Assembly: GCA_965262725.1 (NCBI GenBank) | Contig: OZ253555.1 | Span: 2,432,001-2,496,000, forward strand | DNA from: Dehalococcoidia bacterium | GTDB taxonomy: Bacteria; Chloroflexota; Dehalococcoidia; UBA2979 | Direction: 5' to 3' | DNA length: 64,000 nt | Part shown: one piece after another, positions 30,971-41,728 of the stretch | Layout of the letters: the number at the start of each line of letters is the position of its first letter | Position numbering within the stretch: the first letter of the stretch is position 1 | Notes under the pieces: model-generated | The model's input: only the letters and a program-made list of their open reading frames with translations | Database searches by the model: none | Told to the model about the DNA's origin: nothing | Translations under genes and position numbers: made by a program

Positions 30971-31624
30971 GTGGCGGAACTGGACCGTTTCGACAAGACC
31001 TTCACCGCTGGCTGGAGAGCCGCGTTCAACTACGCCCGCGGTGGTACTGCCTCAGATAGGGAGGTCGGCGACAAGCTGATGAAGTCGCTGGCGAAGACCC
31101 TGCGAGAACAGGGAGGCGTTCCTGGCCTGCGTGAGATGAGCGAGGTAGTCGTGAGTGGCCTCGGCTCTCCGCTCGACGAGCACTTCGCCGCGTTGGACCG
31201 CATCGTCCGCAATCATCACGGTCACCGCCAGACGAAGGTGGCGGCGGGGGCCGCAAAGTTCCTCCTCGTATCCCAGGAGGCGGTCACTGCGCCAGGCCCC
31301 GGCACTGGCGTCGTCGACCAGTTCGTCACCCGAGCGTGCGAGGCCATCATCGAGCACAAGTTCTTCGCCAACGCTCGGCAGCACCTGGTCACCGAAGGAA
31401 AGCTGCCAGACCACGCGGCAGCCTACGACTGGCAGCGCCGGATCGAGCACCTCAATCGGCCTGCGGTGGAGAGGATTGCCGGCCAACTGCTAGAGAATCC
31501 AAGTGCAGAAGGTCTGCGGGCGCCAAGGCGGACCGTGCCAACGGAATCCATCAGCACGCTCCTCTACGAAGACCTGCTCCCGTCGGGAGCGCTAGACCCC
31601 GCGCCGGCAAGGCTGCCGCAGTGA
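30971..31624 (+). CDS. hypothetical protein coupled to the QueC-like gene (QatB-like position)
   Basis: AGGAG RBS before GTG 30971; its stop overlaps the next start (GTGA). Confidence 0.7.
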   Translation: MAELDRFDKTFTAGWRAAFNYARGGTASDREVGDKLMKSLAKTLREQGGVPGLREMSEVVVSGLGSPLDEHFAALDRIVRNHHGHRQTKVAAGAAKFLLVSQEAVTAPGPGTGVVDQFVTRACEAIIEHKFFANARQHLVTEGKLPDHAAAYDWQRRIEHLNRPAVERIAGQLLENPSAEGLRAPRRTVPTESISTLLYEDLLPSGALDPAPARLPQ

Positions 31625-32985
31625 ATCTTGAGCCCTTTTCCTATGACTTCACCGTCCATCCCCGGGACGTAGGCCTTCACAGCACTTGTTGGATGGATGG
31701 TGAGGACCTGTCGCGCCCCTTCAGCGAAGCGCTGCCTCCGGATGCAGCCGACTTGCTGGACCTCGCGCTGGCGATATACGCCGCCGACCGCTCTTCGCGG
31801 CGTGACTTCAAGCGCTCGAACACCGGCCAGCGCCGCATTGATGTTCGGCTTGCGCTGAGGAACCCTGACTATTGGACCGCGCCCGGGACGGCTGATCGCC
31901 TCCAGGAGTTCCTCTATTGGCTCAGCGAAGACGAGTGGTCGTTTCGTCTTGAGCAACGAAGAGCCGCTCGGACCCCCGCCGAGTCCGGGGCGTTCCTTTT
32001 CAAGGTTCCCCTAGAGCCTCCGGTCGCCGTCTCGCTGTTTAGCGGCGGCTTGGACTCCCTTGCCGGGCTCGCGTGCCGAACAACGGAAGACCTTGGTGGG
32101 TCGCGCGTACTCGTCTCCGGATACACCCACAACCGTCTGCTCAGCCAGCAGCGATCGCAGGTGCAGCACATCAGGTCGGTGCTCAATGAGCGCTCTCCCG
32201 GCGCGGGCTCAAGAGTCACGCACGTGGCGGTCGGCTTCGGCATGCGCCGGCCTGAAGGAGGCTGCGGGGAGAAGGGGCAGCGTACACGCGCGCTGGTCTT
32301 CCTCGCCCTCGGAGCGACTGCAGCCGCGCAGGCGGGCACCGACACGCTGTGGGTCTACGAGAACGGCGTCGGAGCTCTGAACCTCCCCATCAATGAGACG
32401 CAACTCGGCGTCGACAACTACAGAGGCGTCCATCCTCGCTCCCTCAGGCTGTTCGAGGCCCTGGTTGAGCCTGTACTCGGCCGTGAGGTCCGCGTGAGGA
32501 ATCCTTTCCTGTTTCACACGAAGGCCGAGATGTGCCGGTCATTGCTCCCAGCCGGACTCGCCGGTGCGGTGGAGCACACGATCACTTGTGACAGCTTCCC
32601 GATGCGCATCCCCGACCAGGCGCCGCAATGCGGCCACTGCACCTCGTGTGTTCTTCGGCGGCAGGCCCTCCACGCCGCTGGATTGGGCAGGTACGACCCT
32701 GCCGCCGCATACCGGCACGACGTGCGCACGGAGCGGGCGGTGCTGAGCAACGACAACGCCTACGACGTCGAAGCAATGCGCGGCCAGATCCAGCGGCTGG
32801 AACAGGCCCTTGTTTCAGGCGATCCGTGGCGATCCCTCATGGCTTCGTTTCCAGAACTCGGGCGGATCAGCACCGAACTCGGACGGTACGATGGCCTGAA
32901 CGCGGCGCAGGTCGGCGCCAAGTTCGTCCGCCTTTTCCAGACCTACGTGCGCGAGTGGCGGCGGTTCATGCCACAGTCCGACTAA
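31621..32985 (+). CDS. QueC-like PP-loop ATPase of the long defence-associated (QatC/Cap9-like) type
   Basis: VSLFSGGLDS PP-loop, QRTR..VFL, YENG...LNLP, HP, NPF...TKAEM, TCDS...CGHCTSCVLRR Zn site, N-terminal DLLDLALAIYAADR extension. Confidence 0.88.
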   Translation: MNLEPFSYDFTVHPRDVGLHSTCWMDGEDLSRPFSEALPPDAADLLDLALAIYAADRSSRRDFKRSNTGQRRIDVRLALRNPDYWTAPGTADRLQEFLYWLSEDEWSFRLEQRRAARTPAESGAFLFKVPLEPPVAVSLFSGGLDSLAGLACRTTEDLGGSRVLVSGYTHNRLLSQQRSQVQHIRSVLNERSPGAGSRVTHVAVGFGMRRPEGGCGEKGQRTRALVFLALGATAAAQAGTDTLWVYENGVGALNLPINETQLGVDNYRGVHPRSLRLFEALVEPVLGREVRVRNPFLFHTKAEMCRSLLPAGLAGAVEHTITCDSFPMRIPDQAPQCGHCTSCVLRRQALHAAGLGRYDPAAAYRHDVRTERAVLSNDNAYDVEAMRGQIQRLEQALVSGDPWRSLMASFPELGRISTELGRYDGLNAAQVGAKFVRLFQTYVREWRRFMPQSD

Positions 32986-33002
32986 CAACCCGGGAGGTTT
33001 CC

Positions 33003-34232
33003 ATGCCACAGCACGAGACGCTGGCTCTCGACCCTCGCGCACTGGGCCGACGCCTCCAGGAGGCGAGAAAGGCTCGCGGGCTCACGCAGCAAGACGCCGC
33101 TGAGTCGCTCGCAGTAGCTCGGACGACGATCACCGCGATCGAGAAGGGTGACCGACAGGCCCGCCCGGACGAGCTCATCCGGCTAGCGAATGTCTACGGC
33201 AGGCGGGTCAGCGATCTCGTCGGCCCGAAAGAACCCATCGCGGACTTCGCCGCCCAATTCCGCACGGCGGCCGTCCGCGGTGCCCCTGACGATCTGCAAG
33301 AGGAAATGAGTCAGGCGCTCCGGGACTTTCAGGATCTGTGCCAAGACTACTTGTACCTCGAGCAGTTGAGTGGAGTGTCGCCCGGACCCACCTACCCGCC
33401 CCAGTATCCGACGACCGGGACGGCTCCCGAGGAGGCCGCCCAGGATGTCGCCTCATTCGAACGCAACCGACTGGGTCTCGGCGATGGACCGATACTGCGC
33501 CTGAGGGAGACGCTTGAGCAGGACGTAGGCCTCCGCGTGTTCTCCATCGCGATGCCCTCGCGGGTGGCGGGCATCTTCGCCTACACGGACGAGTTGGGCG
33601 GTTGCATCGCCGTCAATGCTCGCCATCCGGCAGAACGCCGGCGATGGTCGCTGGCCCACGAGTACGCCCATTTCCTGACGAGCCGCTATCGGTCGGAAAT
33701 CTCCTTTCTGGGCTCGCGCCGTCGCGTCCCCGCGACCGAGCGGTTCGCTGACACCTTTGCCCGCTGTTTGCTCATGTCGGAGTCCGGGCTACGCCGCAGG
33801 TTCAACGAACTGGTGAGAGCCAGTGCTGGTAACGTCACCGCTGCAGATGTTTGCCGGCTTGCGCATTACTACTTCGTCTCCGTCGAGGCAATGATGCTGC
33901 GCCTCGAGGAACTCGGTGTCGTCCCGGGAGGTACCTGGGAGCGCCTGCGTGACCGGGGGTTCAAGGCCCGGGAAGCTCAGGAGCACCTCGGCCTGCCACC
34001 GCATCCGAGCGATGATCGGCTCCTGCCGTATCGCTACGAGTTCTTGGCCGCGCGTGCATATGAAGTCGGAAGTCTGACTGAAGGGGAGCTGGCGCGGCTC
34101 CTGCGGACCGACCGTGTGTCGGCTAGGCGGACCCTCCAGAGGCTGGGCAGTGCGCTGCATGTGCTCGACGGAGGGGAAGTGGCGTCTCTCCCGATAGAGC
34201 TCGCTGGCAGCGTCACGAAGCCGGACTCCTAG
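33003..34232 (+). CDS. XRE-family HTH fused to ImmA/IrrE (M78) Zn-metallopeptidase
   Basis: LGRRLQEARKARGLTQ..AA...RTTI.AIEKG; RRRWSLAHEYAH; E.FAD.FA..LLM. Confidence 0.92.
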   Translation: MPQHETLALDPRALGRRLQEARKARGLTQQDAAESLAVARTTITAIEKGDRQARPDELIRLANVYGRRVSDLVGPKEPIADFAAQFRTAAVRGAPDDLQEEMSQALRDFQDLCQDYLYLEQLSGVSPGPTYPPQYPTTGTAPEEAAQDVASFERNRLGLGDGPILRLRETLEQDVGLRVFSIAMPSRVAGIFAYTDELGGCIAVNARHPAERRRWSLAHEYAHFLTSRYRSEISFLGSRRRVPATERFADTFARCLLMSESGLRRRFNELVRASAGNVTAADVCRLAHYYFVSVEAMMLRLEELGVVPGGTWERLRDRGFKAREAQEHLGLPPHPSDDRLLPYRYEFLAARAYEVGSLTEGELARLLRTDRVSARRTLQRLGSALHVLDGGEVASLPIELAGSVTKPDS

Positions 34233-34244
34233 GGTCGAGCCACT

Positions 34245-34805
34245 GTGGACCGACGACCTGCGAGCCTCATTCTCGACGCCAGCTGCCTGCTCAACCTCTA
34301 TGCCACCAAACGCTTCGGGGAGATCCTGGCGTCGTTGCCCGAGCAAGTCGGTGTCGCGGACTACGTTCTTGAGGAGGAAGCTCTCTTCATCCGCCGTGAG
34401 CCTTCCGCCGATGGCGAGGACGACCAACTCCTCGTGGACCTGTCTCCGTTTGTGTCCGAGGGCTTGGTGGAAGTGATGCGCCTGGCGAGTCCAGCCGAAG
34501 AGACCACGTTCGTGACCCTTGCCGCCCTGATCGACGACGGTGAGGCGGTGACATCAGCTCTAGCCTTCCACCGTGGGTGCTCCGTCGCGACGGACGACCG
34601 CAAGGCTAGGCGTGTCCTCGCTGAACAGGCCCGGACAGTCCCGCTTGTCTCCACACTTGACCTCGTGAGCCAGTGGCAGGAGACGATGTCCGTGCCTCTA
34701 GGCGAGCTTCGGACCGCGCTGGAGCGCATGCGCTCCGGCGCTAGCTACGTGCCTGGTCCCCGCGATCCCCGCTACGGGTGGTGGCTGGACGTCATGCAAA
34801 GCTAG
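34245..34805 (+). CDS. PIN-domain protein (putative RNase toxin)
   Basis: LILDASCLLNL, V.EE, DDGEA...A, VATDDRKAR. Confidence 0.8.
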   Translation: MDRRPASLILDASCLLNLYATKRFGEILASLPEQVGVADYVLEEEALFIRREPSADGEDDQLLVDLSPFVSEGLVEVMRLASPAEETTFVTLAALIDDGEAVTSALAFHRGCSVATDDRKARRVLAEQARTVPLVSTLDLVSQWQETMSVPLGELRTALERMRSGASYVPGPRDPRYGWWLDVMQS

Positions 34806-35149
34806 GCCGCGTCCGTCGCGGATGAGGCGCGCGGGCAATTGTTCTACCACTGGAGCATGGGCATGAAGCTGCGGTCATGCGAAAAAGGGTGCGCCAGGTT
34901 GTATCTGGAGCTCTCGTTCTGAGCGCAGCGGCAGCGTCGCTCCCGCGGTGCCGGGCCACGACTCCGGAGCCCAGCCAAGTAGCGTCCACGGCACGGGCAC
35001 GTGATCGCAGAACCGATTGGGCTGGCAATGCAGGGTCAGCCGTCAATCGCTAGCCGGTGAATTCCCGTCTCCCTGACCGCGCTGCGCAGTCCCATGTACC
35101 GCTCGGGTCCTTGTGACGCCGTAGTCGCGTCCCCGGTTGCGCTCATCGC

Positions 35150-35370
35150 TCGCAAGGTGATCCAGTCATCGGCTGGAAGGTGATCCACTCCGGGGCAGCG
35201 CCCAGCATGTTCGGCGGCGGGGGCCGCGAACGCTGGGGGAGAGGATGCTTCGAGTGGAGGAAGTCCATGTACTCCGGCACAAGGTGCTGGTCGAGGGCCA
35301 GAGCCGACGCCGGGTGGCGCGCGAGATGGGTATCAGCCGCAACACGGTGCGGCGCTACCTGACGCTCAGC
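35150..35370 (+). mobile_element. IS21-like left end and istA 5' fragment
   Basis: Repeated AAGGTGATCCA motifs; [26 protein letters not shown]. Confidence 0.7.
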
Positions 35371-35756
35371 ACGCCCGGGGTGGAGCAGCTGGAGGCGCGC
35401 TGTTCCGAGGCCGTGGCGATGCTCGCCGACGCCGCGGAGGAGATCCTGGCGTTCACGGCCTTCCCGGTCACGCACTGGCGGCAGATCTGGTCGAACAACC
35501 CCCAGGAGCGGCTCAACAAGGAGATCCGCCGGCGCACCAACGTGGTCGGCATCTTCCCCAACCGCTCAGCGGTCATCCGGCTCATCGGTGCAGTGCTCTC
35601 TGTGAATCGCCAGGATCTATAGACCAGCAAACGGCGAGATCGCCAGGGTCTATGTGCCACTTCGCCAAGGTCATTGAGCCACCCCTCCGGGGGGTCTGAC
35701 CACTCGGGCCGCCGGTACGGCCACCATCGCCTGCATCCCCAGCGGAGGGAGCAGCG

Positions 35757-37337
35757 ATGGCCTACCGGGAGGTACACGGGGTGGAGATCCAGGAGATCAT
35801 TCGACGCTGGCAGGCGGGGCTCAGCCAGCGCCGCATCGCCAGCGGGATGGGGTTGTCGCGTCAGACGGTCCGCCGCTACATCGACGCGGCCGAAGCGGCC
35901 GGCCTCACACCTGACGGTCCCGAGCCGAGTGAGGAGCAGCTCGCCGCGCTGGCGACGCTGAGCCTCTCCGGCCCGCGGCAGGTCGAGGCGCCGAGCGAAG
36001 AGCTGCTCTCGCCCTGGGCGGAGCAGATCGAGCGCTGGCTTGAGACCGACCGCCTGCAACTGACGCGCATCCAGGAGCTCCTCGCCGGACGAGGCTGCGA
36101 GGTCTCCTACACCACGCTGCGGCGTTTCATCCGGCGCCGCGGCTGGCGCCACCGGCTGCCGTCGACCGTGCGCATGGACGACGGGCCGCCGGGCGAGGTG
36201 GCGGAGATGGACTTCGGCCGCCTCGGCTTCATCCGGGACCCCGAGAGCGGCCGCCGGCGCGCGGTGTGGGCGCTGGTCGTCGTCTGGCGCTACTCCCGCC
36301 ACTGCTTTGTGTGGCCCACCACCAGCCAGAAGCTGGACGCTGTGATCGAGGGCCTGGAGGAGGCCTGGGCCTTCTTCGGGGGAGTGCCCCGCTACCTCGT
36401 CATCGATAACTTCCCGGCCGCCGTCGCCGGGGCCGACGCGCTGCACCCGCGCTTCACGCGGGGCTTCCTCGAGTACGCCCGCCACCGCGGCTTCATCACC
36501 GACCCCGCGCGCGTGCGTCATCCCCGCGACAAGCCGCGCGTCGAGCGCAGCATCCCCTACGTGCGCGAGCGCCTCTTCAAGGGCGGCGACTTCCGGGACG
36601 TCGTCGACCTGCGCTCCGCCGCCCGCAGCTGGTGCCTGGAGGTGGCGGGACAGCGCATCCACGGCACGACCCGCCGCCGGCCGCTCGAGGTCTTCCGGGA
36701 GGAGGAGCTCCCTCTCCTCGCTCCCTGGGACGGCGAGCCCTACGAGGTCCCCGACTGGCGGACCGCCACGGTCCATCCCGACCACCACATCGCCTGCCAG
36801 TACGCGCTGTACTCGGTGCCGTCCACGGCCTGCCCGCCCCGCCAGAAGGTCGAGGTGCAGCTCGGCTCGAAGCTGGTGCGCATCTACCACCGCGGTCAGC
36901 TCATCAAGGTCCACCCGCGCCAGCGCCGGGGCGGCCGCGCCACCGACCCGAACGACTACCCGGCCGAGCTCACCCCCTACACCAGGCGGGCGCCCGACTG
37001 GATACAGCGCCGCGCCGCCGAGCTGGGGGAGGCCGTGGGCGCCTACGCCGAGCGTCTCTTCGAGGGCTCCCTGCCCTGGGCGAAGCTCCGGCAGGGCCAC
37101 AAGCTGCTGCGCCTCGCCGAGCGCTACTCCCCGGACCGCCTCGACGCCGCCTGCCGCCGCGCGCTCGAGGTCGACCTCATCGACGTGCGCCGCCTCGAGC
37201 GCATCCTCGTCGAGGCCCTCGACCAGGAGAGCACCCCAGACCAGCCCGAGCTGCCGCCGCCTCCGGGGCGCTTCGCCCACTCGGGCTCCGTCTTCGCCCA
37301 GTCCCGCGCGCAGACCCCGACAGGAGCACCACGATGA
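35757..37337 (+). CDS. istA: IS21 transposase IstA
   Basis: HTH, PGEVAEMDFG, LVIDN, P.DKPRVER. Confidence 0.95.
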   Translation: MAYREVHGVEIQEIIRRWQAGLSQRRIASGMGLSRQTVRRYIDAAEAAGLTPDGPEPSEEQLAALATLSLSGPRQVEAPSEELLSPWAEQIERWLETDRLQLTRIQELLAGRGCEVSYTTLRRFIRRRGWRHRLPSTVRMDDGPPGEVAEMDFGRLGFIRDPESGRRRAVWALVVVWRYSRHCFVWPTTSQKLDAVIEGLEEAWAFFGGVPRYLVIDNFPAAVAGADALHPRFTRGFLEYARHRGFITDPARVRHPRDKPRVERSIPYVRERLFKGGDFRDVVDLRSAARSWCLEVAGQRIHGTTRRRPLEVFREEELPLLAPWDGEPYEVPDWRTATVHPDHHIACQYALYSVPSTACPPRQKVEVQLGSKLVRIYHRGQLIKVHPRQRRGGRATDPNDYPAELTPYTRRAPDWIQRRAAELGEAVGAYAERLFEGSLPWAKLRQGHKLLRLAERYSPDRLDAACRRALEVDLIDVRRLERILVEALDQESTPDQPELPPPPGRFAHSGSVFAQSRAQTPTGAPR

Positions 37338-38107
37338 CCGCCACCACCTCAGACCTCCGCCCGCTGCTCAAGCGCCTCAAGCTCGGCCGTATGCTCGACA
37401 CCCTGCCCGAGCGCATCGCCCTCGCGCGGCGCGACCACCTCGACTACGCGGACTTCCTGCAGATCCTGCTCGTCGACGAGGTGAGCCGCCGCGACCACGG
37501 GCGGTTGGAGCTGCGCCTGCGCCAGGCCGGCTTCGAGCAGCTCTGCCGCCTCGAGGACTTCGACTGGGCGGCCGCCATCCGGCTCGACCGCCGCCTGCTC
37601 GACGCCGCCTTCTCGCTGCACTTCCTCGACCGCCGCGAGCACGTCCTGCTCGTCGGCCCCGTCGGCGTCGGCAAGAGCTTCTTAGCCCAGGCGCTCGGCT
37701 ACTCAGCCGTCCGCTCCGGACGCAGCGTCCGCTTCGCCCCGGCCGACCACTACTTCCGCGAGATGGCGCAGGCCCGCGTCGACCACTCGGCCGAGAAGGT
37801 CTTCCGAAGCTTCCTCGCGCCCGACCTGCTCATCCTCGACGACCTCGGGCTCCATCGCCTCAGCGCGCAGCAGTCCATCGACCTCTACGAGCTGGTCATC
37901 GGGCGCCACCGCAGCTCGAGCTTCGTCATCACCTCGAACCGCGCCGTGGAGGAATGGCTGGGTCTCTTCGACGACCCGATCCTCGGCAACAGCGCCCTCG
38001 ACCGCCTCGCGAACGCCAGCTACCAGATCGTGATCGAGGGCGATAGCTACCGCCAGCGGCTCTCGCCGCACCGCGCCCTGCTCGAGGCGCAGACGGGAGG
38101 TGATTGA
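37334..38107 (+). CDS. istB: IS21 helper ATPase IstB
   Basis: GPVGVGKS, LLILDDLG, SALDRL; overlaps the istA stop. Confidence 0.95.
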   Translation: MTATTSDLRPLLKRLKLGRMLDTLPERIALARRDHLDYADFLQILLVDEVSRRDHGRLELRLRQAGFEQLCRLEDFDWAAAIRLDRRLLDAAFSLHFLDRREHVLLVGPVGVGKSFLAQALGYSAVRSGRSVRFAPADHYFREMAQARVDHSAEKVFRSFLAPDLLILDDLGLHRLSAQQSIDLYELVIGRHRSSSFVITSNRAVEEWLGLFDDPILGNSALDRLANASYQIVIEGDSYRQRLSPHRALLEAQTGGD

Positions 38108-39811
38108 CGCGCTAGACGCTCACTGATATCAAGCCGCCTACCGGCGTCCCGGGTGGTCTAATCTCGAATCCACCGAACGAAGCTTGACGAGGCGGGGTGC
38201 CGGGCTGCCGGAGAGTTCGACGGGTGTGTCGGCGTTCGCCGGGCGGCGCCGGGGGCGGGCCGGAGCCAGGAGCCGTCGCTCAGCACCGCTCGGGGGCGCT
38301 GAGGGTGCGGGCGCGAGGGTGCGCGAGGCGTGGGCGGGCATGCTGGCGCGAGCTTCGGCTCCGGTTCGGCGCTGTGAGCGGGCGTCAGGTCGGGAGCGGT
38401 ATCGCCCGTAGTCGCGCGAGCGCGGCTGCCAGCTGCCCGGCCCAGGGCCAGCGCTTCGGGAGGTGCAGGGTCCACCGCCGGGCAGAGTGGGTGAGCCGTC
38501 CGGCGAGAGAGAAGTAGCGCCGCCTGAGCGTCCTGGTCGTCACGATCCCCTCGCCGAGCCCGAGGCGTGCCGTCCAGCGGGCGAGGTTGTGCGCGATCAC
38601 CTGCACCGCGAGCCACGCCGCGTTCGCGGCGAAGCGGCCCGAGGGGAGATGGTTCAACCCGACGCCGTACTTGAGGTCGCGGATCGCGTTCTCGATCTCG
38701 GCGTGACGGCGATGGTCGGCCTCCAGCTCCATCATCTCCCCCGCGCGATCGGTGATGAAGGCGTGGTAACTGTAGTTCACGAAGAGCGCGAGCTGTGAGC
38801 CGGGCGTCGGCTTGACGCGCCGCACGATGAGCCGCACCGCGGTGGCGTCCCTCGTGTGCTGGAACGGCGTGTAGGTCGTCTCGGCGACAGCGGCGCCGTC
38901 GTCCTGCCAGTACGGGATCGGCGTCCAGTCCTCTTCCGGTATCGCCTCGATCAGCCGGCGTACGTTCGGCTGCTGGCGAATGGTGATGGAGAAGCGGACA
39001 TCCTGCTTGCGACAGACGGCGACGACAGCGTGGTTGTAGAAGCCGCTGTCGGCGCGCACCGTGAGCTGCCCGCTCGCCCCGGCGTCGCGCACCCGGCCCA
39101 CCGTCTCACGCAGGAAGTGGGCGGCCCCCCGAGCGGTGTTGGCACGGCCCCCGCGCAGCCGGGCCATCAGCACCTCACCCGTCCCGGCCGCCACCGCGAG
39201 CAGCGGGTGATAGCCGCGCACGCCCGTGTAGCCGTGGTGCCGGGCGCCCTCTTTCGCCAGTCCGTAGGTCTCGCAGAGCGTCGAGTCGAGGTCGATCGTG
39301 AACGGTGCCGCGCCGGGTCCCGCCCCGGCCGCCCAACTGCGGGCCAGCAACTCGCGGCTGACGCGGTCGAGCTGGCGGACGTGGCCCCAGCGGAAGCTGC
39401 GCAGGAACGTCCCGAGGGTGGACGGCGCCTTCACCGTGCAGCCGAGCACGCGCCCGGCGCCGCCTGAGCGCATGGCATCGGCGTCATCGATGCAGTCGCC
39501 GCCCGCGAGCGCCGAGGCGATGAGAGTCATCAGCTTGTCGCCGACGTTCGCCCGCCCCGCTGCGTCACCGAGGTCGAGGTGGGCGTCTGCCAGTTCACGG
39601 AGGCCGAGCCGGCCAGCGAGCGTGGCCGGGAGCAGCAGGCCCGCGTGGTCCACGAGGCGGTCGTCGTCGAAGGCGATGTGTATCCGGTCGGGGCTGCTCG
39701 TTGCTAACATCGAATGGGTGCTCCCTGTGGCTGTGACGTGATTCGGTCAAAAACCATTGTCCCAGCTACAGCGGAGCACCCAACCCCAGCCGCTCGCGCA
39801 CTCTTCTTCGG

Positions 39812-41728
39812 TTCGCGGTAGGGATGCCGGTTGCCCGGCACCCCCCGCACAGATCCGGACGTGCCCTCTCGGGCATCCGGCTCCTACCTCAAGTGCGTGA
39901 CGGCAAATCGCTCCGCAGGCCACGGGTGAAGGATGGAGATTCGGGGCCAGTGTTTCTGGCACAGGGCAAGGATGCGCTCCCACGTGAAACGGTCGCGCTG
40001 CGACCGCCGTCGGAGAACGCGCAGCCAGAGCCGCTTCACGAAACGAACAAACTGCGTGAGCGCCGGCGAGCTGGTCGGCACCGCGTAGTAGCCAAGCCAC
40101 CCACGCAGTACCCGCCCCAGCCACTGCCCCGTCGTCACGGGGTTGTCGTGCATGCGCCGCCACAACTCGGCCTTGATGGCCTTCAGCGTCCGGCGCATCC
40201 GCTTCGCAACGGGCTTGCGCCCCAGCCCGAATCTCCCGTCGCGTCGGGTCCGGCAGTAGTGCGTCATGCCGAGAAAGTCGAACGTCTCCGGTCGGCCCTC
40301 CCCGCGCTTCCGCCTGTTCGCCAGCGCGAACCTGCCGAACTCAAGTAGACGGGTCTTCTCCGGGTGCAGCTCCAGCCCGTAGGCCGCGAACCGCTCCCGG
40401 AGTGCCTCCATGAACCGCACCGCATCGCTGCGGTGCTGGAACCCCAGGACGAAGTCATCGGCATACCGCACGATGTACGCCTCGCCCCGGACCTCCCGCG
40501 GTCGCCACTCGCGCGCAAACCAGTCGTCGAGCACGTTGTGCAGGTACACGTTCGCAAGCAGCGGCGATATCGGCGCCCCCTGCGGCATCCCCCGCACGAA
40601 ATCGACTTCCGGCTCCGCGTCCATGACGCCGACGCTCAGCCACTTTCGTATCAGGCGCAACACCCGCTGGTCCCCGATGCGCATCTCCAGAAACGACATC
40701 AGCCGCCCCCGGTCGATGCTGCCGAAGAACTCCCGGATGTCCACCTCGACAATCCAGCTGACCTTGCGCCGTTCGACCGCGTAGGCCAGTGCGTCCAGCG
40801 CGTCATGCGCCGAACGCCCCGGCCTGAAGCCATGCGAGAAGCCGTAGTAGCCCGACTCGTAAATCGGGTTCAAAAGATTGTCCACCACCGCCCGCTGAAC
40901 GATCTTGTCCTCCAGCGAGACGATACCGAGCGGCCGTATTCCCCCGTCCGGCTTGGGTATCTCTACCCGCCTGACGGGCTTCGCCCGGTACGCTCCACGG
41001 TGTACGCGGCCATGCAGGTCGAGCAATCGCTCGTCCAGCCCGTCCCCGTATTCTCGCCACCTCACCCCGTCCACGCCCGGAGCCGCATCCCGCTTCAACG
41101 CGAGATACGCCTCCCGCAGCGCCTCCGGCGTGATGTGGTGCAAGAGCGCGGTGAGTTTCTCTCCCGGCTTCCGTTCCACGAACTGCCGTATCCTCTCCGC
41201 TCCGGGTGACACCGCACCCCGACTCTGCGTCCGGACCGTGCCGGTGCTTTGAGGATTCCTCTCGGTTGGGGCCCTTTGCTCCAGCGACTCCGCCGGGGCT
41301 CGCGCCCCCTTGTTCGCCGCCTTCATCGCTCGTACGGCCCCATCAGACTGCTGCGCATCGTGCATCATCGGCTACGGTTTACGTCCCTTCCCGACGCGGT
41401 CCCGGCGTACGACTCGTCGGGACAACGCGCAGCTCTCCCAAGTCCCGGCGATAGACGTGTGTGCGTGCATGGGGTCTTCGACACCGTGGGGCCCGACCAC
41501 GACTCGCCAGTAGCGCCGTCGCCGGTATTGCCTTCGACCAATCCAAGAGCCTCGGCACCCCAAATGGCCCTTTCGATGCTCATTAGCCCCGCCCGCACAC
41601 CCCGCTGCCGACGCTTCACAAGCCGCCTCGCGACGACCCGCGCACGGCTCGCGGAATGACATGAGTGGCTAGCTCTTTGCCATAGAGGACTTCCACCTCC
41701 TGCCTACTCGCCAGTTAGCCTGGCGCTC
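39812..41728 (-). mobile_element. group II intron, copy 1 (1917 nt)
   Basis: 5' GAGCG, domain V/VI GAGCCGGATGCCCGAGAGGGCACGTCCGGATCTGTGCGGGGG...CCCTACCGCGAA. Boundaries defined by the empty IS1380 ends. Confidence 0.95.
39884..41368 (-). CDS. ltrA: group II intron reverse transcriptase/maturase (no HNH domain)
   Basis: APGVDG, IPK.DG..RPLGI...DKIVQ, SHGFRPGRS.HDA, PQG.PISPLLAN, RYADDF, FDFLG. Confidence 0.95.
   Translation of the reverse strand: MMHDAQQSDGAVRAMKAANKGARAPAESLEQRAPTERNPQSTGTVRTQSRGAVSPGAERIRQFVERKPGEKLTALLHHITPEALREAYLALKRDAAPGVDGVRWREYGDGLDERLLDLHGRVHRGAYRAKPVRRVEIPKPDGGIRPLGIVSLEDKIVQRAVVDNLLNPIYESGYYGFSHGFRPGRSAHDALDALAYAVERRKVSWIVEVDIREFFGSIDRGRLMSFLEMRIGDQRVLRLIRKWLSVGVMDAEPEVDFVRGMPQGAPISPLLANVYLHNVLDDWFAREWRPREVRGEAYIVRYADDFVLGFQHRSDAVRFMEALRERFAAYGLELHPEKTRLLEFGRFALANRRKRGEGRPETFDFLGMTHYCRTRRDGRFGLGRKPVAKRMRRTLKAIKAELWRRMHDNPVTTGQWLGRVLRGWLGYYAVPTSSPALTQFVRFVKRLWLRVLRRRSQRDRFTWERILALCQKHWPRISILHPWPAERFAVTHLR

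Noticed and set aside
31621-32985. Housekeeping queC for queuosine synthesis
   Set aside because: It is about twice the usual length, carries defence-type extensions, and has no que pathway neighbours.
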